DNA of 64,000 nt, taken from positions 2,542,001 through 2,606,000 of the forward strand of contig LSRY02000001.1 in the NCBI GenBank assembly GCA_001643675.2. Direction: 5' to 3'. The position numbers and the translations under genes were made by a program. Every line of letters begins with the position of its first letter. The stretch's first letter is position 1. A model generated the notes under the pieces. That model searched no databases, was not told where the DNA came from, and saw only the letters and a list, made by a program, of their open reading frames with translations. The DNA is from Monocercomonoides exilis PA203. Lineage: Eukaryota; Protista; Preaxostyla. This document shows, in pieces, positions 48,533 through 58,137 of the stretch.

Positions 48533-50346
48533 TATTTTTTGCGCAAATTGTAACTCAAAAAATGAATAACAAAAAATATTTTCTCCAAAAATGAAAAAAA
48601 AAATATTTTCCATTTCACCGTTTTTTTTTTGATTAAAATGGTTTACATCTTCGTTTTTTATTTTTTGAATAAATAATCAGATTTCAATTGATGAAAAATC
48701 ATTTGAACAACTTTTTGACTGAAATTCCGACATCTGAAGACAAAAGTTTGATTGTTTGTGAATTTGTGGTTTCGAATGGCTGATCATTCCAATATAATTT
48801 CATCTCAATTGTCACAAGTATTTATCATTAAACAACATGAAAAGATAAATTGTTTTGACTTTTTTGTCTCTATAATTTTTGATCTTATTAACATATTAAT
48901 CAATCAAAAAATCAACTTTTTTATCCAATAATAATATTTCATGAATGATTCTCTATCCTTCCATTTGCTGGCACTTAATTTCAAATTTTCAATTCACTAA
49001 AACCAATTTCAACAATCAATGATTTGGCTTATTTCCATCATCTTTATCATCACAAGTTTTTTTTGCCTTCTTTTTTTCTTCTATCATGGTTTCTTCATCA
49101 ACTTTTATGATTTTTCATTCTCTTTGTGCTTCATAATGAAAATCTTTGCTGAATATTCAATTTTCACATGACAAGAAAAAGATGAGCAGTTGGATAATTC
49201 AACAAGTTTGTTCAATAAAAAAAGCTGAAAAACCTGAGGAAAGCCAAAGCAATTCTCACAAATCGAAGGATATCAGTTCAGAATGAAATCGAGTCAAATC
49301 AACACAGAGAATGAATTCAAAGGAGATTTTTCATCAGATTTAGAAATAGAACAGCTTATTCTTCAATAAATAAAAATGAAACCAATTTTATTTGAATTCC
49401 TTGTTTTGAAACATCACATTTTTTCTTTCGGTTTCCACATAAAGGGAAAAAAAAACATTTCTTTGTTCATGGAATTAAGTATGACAACAAAGAGATTGCA
49501 ACAATTCAGTCCCTCCTTTCATGAAGCCGAATTCACATTGTTCTTTTCTTCAACAAAGGAAACAGAAAGTTGAGAGAGGAAATTACAAAAGAGGTTCTTT
49601 CACATGAACAATACCTGAATCTCTGAGTCAAGAAACAACAAAGCCAACAGATTGAATGAGTTTCTCTTGTTCTGTTTAATTCTCTTCACAAATCATATGT
49701 TTTACAGAACAATGCTATTCATAGATGAAGGAATTGATTCTTCTGATGCAATCGCTGCAAAAGAACAAACAACTATATTTTTGCTTTCTGAGACAAAAAA
49801 AGAGATATATCTTTTATCGTTTGTTGTGAATGTTGTGATTGTCACAAATAAAGAAAAAGTCGCTTGGAAAATTGAAAAAAACAAATGGAATTGATAATAC
49901 AAACTGGAGTTACACAAAATAGGAAATGAAATAATGACTGTTGATGTTTGCAATGAAAAAAAAAAAGAGAAAAGAAAAGAATCAACTGAAAAGCCAAATT
50001 AGAGATTAATGAAAAATTTCATTTGACAAGATTCACTCAAAATAATTGTGTGGTGGTGATTCAGCGAACACAAAAACATGAATATATAAAAACACAACAA
50101 ACACTGCTCATCCAAAATCTGCATTCGGAATGGGTGAAAGAAAAAACTAAGTGAAACACAACAACCAATGAAAACAATGAAACCTAAAAAAAAAGGTTGA
50201 TATCAAAAACAAGAAGAAATGTGCTGATGAACAAAAACGAAATGGGAAGAGAGATCCTCTCTCAGACTGATAAAAGATAATATTGAGACGGCTTTGGAAA
50301 CAAATGCATTTTTCCAGCAAAAACACAATTATCACCAACTCTTCAT

Positions 50347-53300
50347 TCACTTCTCAGTCTGCAAAGTTCCTGTGATATCTGAAGAATTCACACTCGTCAT
50401 GTGTTCCCCATCTTCTGTTGTCTCCTCCAGGTCAATCGCATCCGACATCGTCAGAATTGTTGCTCCTGCAGGAAACTGCTGGATGAACTCTCGCTTCAGC
50501 CCTGCCAAGCTCAGTCTGTCTTCTGGCTGAGCAGACAGGCAAGCTCGGATGATTTCAAAGAAATTCGACTCCTTCACAGCAGACATGTTCGGTCGTTCGT
50601 GATTCACTATCTTCTGCCCTGCCACCTCACCCTCATACTCATCAAATGGGATCTCCAGTGTCAGACACTCCCACAGCATCATCCCAATCGAGAATGCCAC
50701 TGACTCCTTTGTTGCCCCCATCTTCTTGTTCATCATCAGTTCAGGTGCTTTCCACCTCAGACACTCTTTTCTTTCTTCATCTTCATCATCCTCAAACGCT
50801 GATGATGGAGGTGGCGACTTGGTGAATCTCTCGCTCATCACTGAAACATCAGAGGAAGATGTGACCATGGTGGAGCTTGAAGAGACAGATGAACTGTCAG
50901 AGTCTGATGAGAAGTCCGAGTGCAAAACAATGCAGATCACCATGTGTTCCGAGAACAGCACAATGTGCGGAGTGAGATTGGCAAGCGATGACAGAGGATT
51001 CTCCATTTCATTGAACGAGTGGAGCGCCAGATTCGCCACCCAGAACAGGATCTGTGCAGCTGTCACCTCCCTCTCCTGCAGAGTGCCTATCGCCATCTCT
51101 TTTGTCTTGTTCCTTCCATGCAACAGCATGAACAGCGAATCCCTCAGATCCACAATCAGTTTCTCATGGGGAGACGAACACGCCATCACATCCACCAGAT
51201 TCGACATCGACGACGTGGTGGGGCACAGTTCTTCTCCCCGAACAAATGTCGAATCTGAATCAGTCGTTGAAGTGGTGGAAGTGGATGAGATGGAAGGTGA
51301 TGGTGATCTCTTTCGAATTTCTTCTTCTTCAACCTTCTCCAGTGCCCATTCAGGAATCTTGTCTGAGTCTCTCCCCAAAATATATTCTGTTGAGCCACAT
51401 TCACTCAGCAAATGCTCTGACGATTCTGAGTGTCCCAAGCTTTTCTCATACACCCTCTTCTTGATTCTTTCTTCGTTCTTCTTCTCTGCCTCTCTCTCTG
51501 CTCTCCTCCACTGCTCCTCGGGTGATGGCTCCATCGTCACCATCTCAATCAGCTTCGGATCCTTCCTCACTGTATCATTCACAATCTCTCTCAGATCTTT
51601 GTTCTCATTCTTCGCCTTTCTCCATCGAACAGCAAACAAAATAAATCCAATCAGAACAATCAAAAACAAAACAACAAATATGATAGCAATTATCACAGCC
51701 CATGATGATTTCCCTTCTTTTCCTCCTTCAACCACTTTGTCATTTCCAGTCTTTGGTTCTGTTTTGTTCTTCAGAATCTTTGGAGAAGTTGCAGCCAATT
51801 GCTTCCCAAACAAAATCATCACTGACACCTCTGTTTCATCTGCAATCGTTGAAATATTTTCTGAAGGGATTCTTCCAATCACTTCTGTTTCTGAAACAAA
51901 ACTGTCTTCCTCAAAAGGATATGTCTCAACCAACTCCACATCCCCTGTTTTGAATATCAACCTGAATGACAAGTCACAAGGCACAAAAAGAGATCCCTTG
52001 AATTTCACAACAACATTGCTGTCATTCTCATTCACTGAAACATCTTCCAGTCTGGGAATGAAAAATGGAGATGACCTTTCTCCTGCTATCCCTCTCAAAT
52101 CACATCCATCATTCAAAATCCAAAGAGAAGAATTGTCTTTCACTCCATCTCCACCTTTCAAGCTGGAAATGGTCAATGATGCAGAATCTGAACAAATGAT
52201 GTTTCGACGAAGAGAGGGATACTTTTCAATGAATGGATTGTTGTTCATAAACTCTCCTTTCTCAATCGTCACATCACCTGTAGAAACTGACAATCCACCT
52301 GATGAAGCATTCATTATTGTCACATATTTCATCATCAATGAAGAATTCGCTGAGTGAACAAGCGATCCATTCCATTTGCATATCTCTTCAAAATCGCTGT
52401 TTCTCTTATTTTCACTTTCTTTTGTTTGCACTCCAATAAATTGACACAAATCCATCGAAACATCCTTTGCATTGTTCATCTCCATAATGCTTCCTTTGTC
52501 AGATAAAGAATAACAATTTGAACAGGAACAGTTTGAAAGAACGATTTGAGCAGATGATGAAGAAGCTGAAAGAACAGAAGCTCCTTTTGAATTCCTCGAA
52601 CTGTTGTTGAATGAGGAGATTCCAATAGAAACTGTTCCTGATGACGAATCGTTTATCGCAATAACGCAACCTTCAGATAATTTCACTCCATCTGCTGATA
52701 CTCCATTAAATACAACACTTCCACATTGTCCAATCTCAAATACAGTTGTTGTTAATTCAATTTGTTCCAGTTTCACATTTGTGATTGATACCTCATCTCC
52801 ATTAAACAGAAATGAAGGCTTCTTGAATGAAAGGAACGATACTGAACAGTTGTCAACATGAAGAATTCCATTTTCGATATTCAACAATGTTGAATTCAGA
52901 ACAACAGATTCAAAGCTTTCTGATTGGCCAACAGATGAAAAATCAACAAATGAAAGAGAAAGCTGACCATTTGTTTCATGAATAATTGAACTGCCTGAAT
53001 ATGAAAATAACTGACCAAAGTTGAATTTCAATCTCTCAATCCGAACATTCTCTGAGGTTGTGATAATACTGCCCTCATTGGTTATTGTTGAGTTCAGATG
53101 CACCAAAGCAGCTGAGGGAGATTGCAATGAGCGGATGGTCACATCAAGAACATCACACTTCCCAACAATTTCTGTTTGCTCCAAGATCAACAGCTGTGAA
53201 TACAGAGATGGAATGATGTGCTGCACTCCAAAGCTCAATGAGTGGCATGGTGTGTCCAATTCTCCACATTGCTTGCTGTCTGCGCGATTGTCTGCAACTG

Positions 53301-56300
53301 ATGACACAAATATCGTCTCGCTCTGGTATCTCATAACCCTCAGCAGAAGATCTTCTTCTCCTTCAAACGAGTCTGTCGTGCATCCCCATACTGCCTTGTC
53401 CTTCACAAACGGTGCTCTGAAATCCAGCAAGAACTGCTCATCAACAACTTGTGTCTCGATTGAGTGGCATCGAATATACACGTCTCTTCCTCTCAATGCA
53501 GAGTTGTCTCGGAATGTGATATTTGACAGAACAAAATTCAGAGGCTGCTCAGCTGTCGATGAACATTCCAGAAACATCCACCCACCTCTTCCTGCAGTCG
53601 AGCAGAAACACTCTGAAATCTTGCAAAATGAGCACTCAAAACTTCCTCCCTCATTCAACTCACAAAACATCCCTCCTCCCTTTCCACACTTCAACCCTCC
53701 ACATCTCTTCATCGTTGTGTTCCGAATCACCATTTTCAATGGTGAATCATTTTCATTTCGAATGATCGAGATGTTTTCTGTTGTGTCTTGGGTGACTTCT
53801 TCAAACAAACTCCACTCAATTACAATGTTTTGTTCTCCTTCATTGCTCCCTCTCTTCTCTCCAGCTGATCCCTTTGATATCCTCAATCCACTTGCTCCCT
53901 CCACCTCAATATTCTTCATCGTCAGATTTTTCGCATTCAGCACTGTTGTTGACAACACAGAAATAACATCCTGCGAAAAGCTCAACAATTGCATCGTCAC
54001 CAATTCCAGCACAACTGTCCCTCCTTCTGCCTTGATCAGCCCATAATCTGTCAATTCTTCTCTCTCATCTCCTTTTTTGCTGAATGAGCAGTCTTTCACA
54101 GTCAGCAACCCTTCGCTTGAGCCAACATGCATCAAAACATTCACTCCACTTGCGAATGAAGATGGAATCACAAACTTCACCAGCTCGAAATTGGTGATGC
54201 CACAAATCTTCATTGCTGCTCCTTCTGCTCCTTCAAGCGATGAGACACATTCCAATGAGCACATGCTGCTCTCATCCGATTTCACTGATATTCCACTCAC
54301 TTCAACACTCTTCTGCAGATACCCTTTTCCTTTGATGCTGACATTCCTTTCATTCCCTTCTGCCAGTCTTGTCAACGAATGATCCATCGACAGACACGGA
54401 TAATCTGAGAATCCACACACACACACATCACAACCTTCGCTCCCAATAAATATCTCTGACCCAATCCCTCGCCAGAATAAAACCAGTGGAATGGCATTCG
54501 TTGTGTCACTCCCATCAAAGCCTCTCATAGAATCCAACGAAATATCAGAAAGATGCTCAGATACAAATGGAAGAGAGGTGTTTGTGATGCTCTTTGTCAA
54601 ATTTAGCGATTCAACAAACAGGTCATTTCCATGTTTTGCAATATTTGGCTCTTCTGAATCAAAAACAGGGGATGAGATCACAAATGAAGAATCATCATCA
54701 ATCAGCTTCAGTGCCATCCCTCCACCAAACCCAATCTTCCGTTCTTCTGCTGGTGCTGTGCATCCTGCGAATATGCACGAAATAACATTCATTTGAATGC
54801 TCCCTTTCATCTGCACATTGAGAGCTCCTCCTCTGCTTTCATCATCCACCACAGAACATCCATCAAATTCACACTCTTCAATATTTATTTCTGTGTTTGT
54901 ATTTTCATCATCGCTGTTGTCAATGCTCACACACCCTCCACTTCCAGCTGCTCTTTCTATTTTTGTGAAATTGCTGTTCGTCATGTTCAACCACAGTGTG
55001 CTCATCAACTCGGTATTTGTTCCACTTCCAGACAATGAGATCAGAGGATTTCTACTCAATACAATTGATGAAGCTGAGAATGTGTCGATGGCTAAGATCC
55101 CTGACTCAACAGACAAGAACAGAAATGTCAATTCTGATGATGGATCTTGAAGAGAAAGCGAACATTGAGACAGAGTCATTGACGATGAAGAAGACGAAAT
55201 GAAAGTGGAGTGAAGAGGAAGGGAAGATGGAAGAGAGAAGATGAGTTTTGATAATTCTGTTTCAACATTTGCTGTTATCATCGATGAATTGGATGTTTCA
55301 CTTGAATCAGAGACTGTCCAGCCACTTTCATCATCATTTCCTCGGATTTCATGTTTCTTTTCTTTCAAGGCCAATTCATCGCTCATCGCAACCATTCCAT
55401 TCACAACAACTTTCTTTGTTTCTGTTTGCCTTGTGAGGGAGTGCTTCATTGTCAAGCAAGGGAATTGGACAATTCCACAGTGTGAGTGATTGGATGCCTC
55501 AGAATTGCTCACAAAGATTTCTTCTGGGGTGGAAAGAAGATAGATGCACAGAGGAATGGCCACACTGGTGTTTCCATTGTCATATCCTCTCACTTTCTCA
55601 AGAGAATCCAAAGAGGCTTCCACACATGTGATGTTTTCTGATTTTGCTGTTTCTTCCAGATTTGGTGAAATGACAAAGATATCATTCCCCCATTTGGCTG
55701 TGTTTGAGCCAAAGGAGGAAGAAATCTGGAAATTGGTGTTTTCATTCAACAATCGAAGAAAGATTCCTCCCCCAAATCCATATGTTGCAGAGCAATAGCA
55801 CCCATCAAAAGATCCACCTTTCACTTTCACTTCATTTCCATTCCCAACACACAGCATCATCGATCCCCCATCAGCCGATGTTCTGCTTCCACATCCTTCA
55901 AAAGTGCAACAATTCACATCAATGTTGGCCTTGTCATTCGAAAACGATATCACTGCTGCTCCGCTCGTTGTTCTCTCAATCCCATCAAATGCACACTCTG
56001 AAAGTGTCAATGAAATCTCATTTGTCGAAGAAAGCGAAAACAGTGAATTTGTTGAAATCGTCTTTGCCCAGTTCACATGTTCCATCTGAAACATCCCATT
56101 CTGCACATTTATCAGTTCTGTCGAAAATACTGTTTCTGTTGATTGTCCGCTCCCAAATGATATGTTCAGTCTGCTGACGCTCATTCCTCCTGCTCCACTT
56201 ATCTCAAACAGCCTTGACCCACGATTATTCGGATGAGCCGAGTCATGCACAAGAACAAAGTCTCTGGCAGTCAATGTGCCTGTCGAGACTGAAAATAGAG

Positions 56301-58137
56301 ACAACCCAGATGCTTCAAATTCTGTATGGATTGCTGTGCTCATATTGCTTTGACCATAAACAGTAAAAGTGTTGACCCCACAATCAAAACTAATTGTTTC
56401 GATAATCGTTCCCGAAGATACTTCGACATTGGGAACCAAGTCTGGAATGAGTTGTGTGAGGCAACGGCTGATCGTGCTGCATGGATAAGATTCATGAATT
56501 CCACAAGCATATGTGTCGTTGCCTTTTGGTTGTGGATCAGTTGATGAGACAAATCTCACATTTCCAAAATCATTGTGAAGCCATTCACTGTGATCAACGT
56601 TTGAATAAAAATTTGTACAAACTCTGTTTGTTGTTTGGACGGTTGAATAGCAGGTTGGATCAATATTATTTGACGTTGAGCCTTGCAGTGATAAATCATT
56701 TCCTAATTTTCCACAAGTGTTGTTGTGGAAAAAGCAATAGGAAAACAAAATACCCATGTTATTTGATTTAACATCAATGCATACAGCTCCTCCCCAACAC
56801 ATTGCAAAGCAATGACAAAATAAACAATTTGAAATAGCAACTTTATCTGAAGGGGTCCAATGAATAATTGCCCCTCCTGCACCATTTATTGAAGAATTGC
56901 ATCGACAGTTATCATAAAAGGAATTCACAACGCACACTTTCTGTGTTTCTGTTTTTGTTTGATAAAAATATATAGCTCCTCCATCATCTCCAGAAGAACC
57001 ATTTTGAAAAATACAATCATCGACAAATGGTTGTGTATAAACATTATCGAACATTATTCCTCCACCTCCATATCCATTGGTTGCTGCGGCTGAACATTGA
57101 TCAAATGTCGTATGCTGCACGATACATTCAGCAATTTTTTGAGCATATATTCCTCCACCATTTGTCGAGGAAGCATTGCATCTTGTGAATGAAGAATTCT
57201 CAACTGTGAGAATGGCAATTGCATTGTTATAAACATAAATAGCGCCTCCATGGAGGGATGTGCAATCAGTCCATTCACACAACGAAAAGGATTGGCTTTC
57301 TGTTGTGTTCAGTTTTTCTTTTTTCTCAAGGGCAATCATTTCTCTTTTACCGAAGTTTATTGTTGTGTTTTTGCAGATGAATTCCTGTGAAGAATATGAC
57401 CCTCCTGAGATCCCTCCTTCCAAGGCATTCACACACGAATAAATGAGGCAGTTCTCCATTGAACTCAGAAAACATGAATGTTCCACAAAATGATCGCTAT
57501 TCGAGGCATATTTCACAGACATGTTCCTGAAGGCACAATTAATGATCTGTTCGCTTTTGCACTTTCCTGATAATAGGAAATAGTCTGAAGATGAGACAGC
57601 CAGGTCTGCAATGACAGAATTGCTCAAAACAGCAAAATTTGAATCATCAGATGAAAATATGAGACTGGAAGGGTTAAGACTCTTTCGGGGGATCAATGTC
57701 ATGTTTGTGAGGCTGATTGACCCGATATTCAAATGAAACGGAGATTCCGACTTTTGGGGGGAAATGCATGAATCCAACACCAAATTCGATTTATCTGTAA
57801 TTAGAATAAATTGCGAGGAAGAATATTCGACTGATACATTTTTCAGTCCAACTGAAGCATTGGAAAAGCGTAAAAATGAATAAATCGCTGTGCATGTTCC
57901 TGCCTTCCATCTTTCCATTCCTGATGCATTTCTCTGTTCTGACAAATAATCGTTATTGCGATTTGTGAAAAATTGTGCATCAGTTGAGTTGCCTTGACCG
58001 AAATATATGCAGTTATATTTAAAAGTTATATTTGAAAAAATACCTTGGTTTTCCAAAGTGGTCGTTTCAAAGATAACTTGACATTTAAATGTCTCTGCCA
58101 AAATCAGACATGCTAAAAGGAACAAATGCACCCTCAT
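50347..58137 (-). CDS. ~2596-aa receptor-like protein: signal peptide, Cys-rich GGAI beta-helix ectodomain, single TM, degenerate TKL/tyrosine-kinase-like C-lobe (probable pseudokinase)
   Basis: ORF 50347-58191, with the likely start MRVHLFLLACLILAE at 58137. Repeated GGAI/GGGI motifs and CG....PC.[ST] module heads. TM WAVIIAIIFVVLFLIVLIGFILFAV. Kinase subdomain VIII-XI motifs CLRWKAPEL, ESVAFSIGMMLWECLTLEIPF and CLSAQPEDRLS. Confidence 0.88.
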   Translation of the reverse strand: MRVHLFLLACLILAETFKCQVIFETTTLENQGIFSNITFKYNCIYFGQGNSTDAQFFTNRNNDYLSEQRNASGMERWKAGTCTAIYSFLRFSNASVGLKNVSVEYSSSQFILITDKSNLVLDSCISPQKSESPFHLNIGSISLTNMTLIPRKSLNPSSLIFSSDDSNFAVLSNSVIADLAVSSSDYFLLSGKCKSEQIINCAFRNMSVKYASNSDHFVEHSCFLSSMENCLIYSCVNALEGGISGGSYSSQEFICKNTTINFGKREMIALEKKEKLNTTESQSFSLCEWTDCTSLHGGAIYVYNNAIAILTVENSSFTRCNASSTNGGGIYAQKIAECIVQHTTFDQCSAAATNGYGGGGIMFDNVYTQPFVDDCIFQNGSSGDDGGAIYFYQTKTETQKVCVVNSFYDNCRCNSSINGAGGAIIHWTPSDKVAISNCLFCHCFAMCWGGAVCIDVKSNNMGILFSYCFFHNNTCGKLGNDLSLQGSTSNNIDPTCYSTVQTTNRVCTNFYSNVDHSEWLHNDFGNVRFVSSTDPQPKGNDTYACGIHESYPCSTISRCLTQLIPDLVPNVEVSSGTIIETISFDCGVNTFTVYGQSNMSTAIHTEFEASGLSLFSVSTGTLTARDFVLVHDSAHPNNRGSRLFEISGAGGMSVSRLNISFGSGQSTETVFSTELINVQNGMFQMEHVNWAKTISTNSLFSLSSTNEISLTLSECAFDGIERTTSGAAVISFSNDKANIDVNCCTFEGCGSRTSADGGSMMLCVGNGNEVKVKGGSFDGCYCSATYGFGGGIFLRLLNENTNFQISSSFGSNTAKWGNDIFVISPNLEETAKSENITCVEASLDSLEKVRGYDNGNTSVAIPLCIYLLSTPEEIFVSNSEASNHSHCGIVQFPCLTMKHSLTRQTETKKVVVNGMVAMSDELALKEKKHEIRGNDDESGWTVSDSSETSNSSMITANVETELSKLIFSLPSSLPLHSTFISSSSSSMTLSQCSLSLQDPSSELTFLFLSVESGILAIDTFSASSIVLSRNPLISLSGSGTNTELMSTLWLNMTNSNFTKIERAAGSGGCVSIDNSDDENTNTEINIEECEFDGCSVVDDESRGGALNVQMKGSIQMNVISCIFAGCTAPAEERKIGFGGGMALKLIDDDSSFVISSPVFDSEEPNIAKHGNDLFVESLNLTKSITNTSLPFVSEHLSDISLDSMRGFDGSDTTNAIPLVLFWRGIGSEIFIGSEGCDVCVCGFSDYPCLSMDHSLTRLAEGNERNVSIKGKGYLQKSVEVSGISVKSDESSMCSLECVSSLEGAEGAAMKICGITNFELVKFVIPSSFASGVNVLMHVGSSEGLLTVKDCSFSKKGDEREELTDYGLIKAEGGTVVLELVTMQLLSFSQDVISVLSTTVLNAKNLTMKNIEVEGASGLRISKGSAGEKRGSNEGEQNIVIEWSLFEEVTQDTTENISIIRNENDSPLKMVIRNTTMKRCGGLKCGKGGGMFCELNEGGSFECSFCKISECFCSTAGRGGWMFLECSSTAEQPLNFVLSNITFRDNSALRGRDVYIRCHSIETQVVDEQFLLDFRAPFVKDKAVWGCTTDSFEGEEDLLLRVMRYQSETIFVSSVADNRADSKQCGELDTPCHSLSFGVQHIIPSLYSQLLILEQTEIVGKCDVLDVTIRSLQSPSAALVHLNSTITNEGSIITTSENVRIERLKFNFGQLFSYSGSSIIHETNGQLSLSFVDFSSVGQSESFESVVLNSTLLNIENGILHVDNCSVSFLSFKKPSFLFNGDEVSITNVKLEQIELTTTVFEIGQCGSVVFNGVSADGVKLSEGCVIAINDSSSGTVSIGISSFNNSSRNSKGASVLSASSSSAQIVLSNCSCSNCYSLSDKGSIMEMNNAKDVSMDLCQFIGVQTKESENKRNSDFEEICKWNGSLVHSANSSLMMKYVTIMNASSGGLSVSTGDVTIEKGEFMNNNPFIEKYPSLRRNIICSDSASLTISSLKGGDGVKDNSSLWILNDGCDLRGIAGERSSPFFIPRLEDVSVNENDSNVVVKFKGSLFVPCDLSFRLIFKTGDVELVETYPFEEDSFVSETEVIGRIPSENISTIADETEVSVMILFGKQLAATSPKILKNKTEPKTGNDKVVEGGKEGKSSWAVIIAIIFVVLFLIVLIGFILFAVRWRKAKNENKDLREIVNDTVRKDPKLIEMVTMEPSPEEQWRRAEREAEKKNEERIKKRVYEKSLGHSESSEHLLSECGSTEYILGRDSDKIPEWALEKVEEEEIRKRSPSPSISSTSTTSTTDSDSTFVRGEELCPTTSSMSNLVDVMACSSPHEKLIVDLRDSLFMLLHGRNKTKEMAIGTLQEREVTAAQILFWVANLALHSFNEMENPLSSLANLTPHIVLFSEHMVICIVLHSDFSSDSDSSSVSSSSTMVTSSSDVSVMSERFTKSPPPSSAFEDDEDEERKECLRWKAPELMMNKKMGATKESVAFSIGMMLWECLTLEIPFDEYEGEVAGQKIVNHERPNMSAVKESNFFEIIRACLSAQPEDRLSLAGLKREFIQQFPAGATILTMSDAIDLEETTEDGEHMTSVNSSDITGTLQTEK

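Noticed and set aside
50726-54046. Long plus-strand ORFs (543 aa at 50726-52357 and 341 aa at 53021-54046)
   Set aside because: They are codon-aligned antisense shadows of the receptor-like gene and show no independent motifs.
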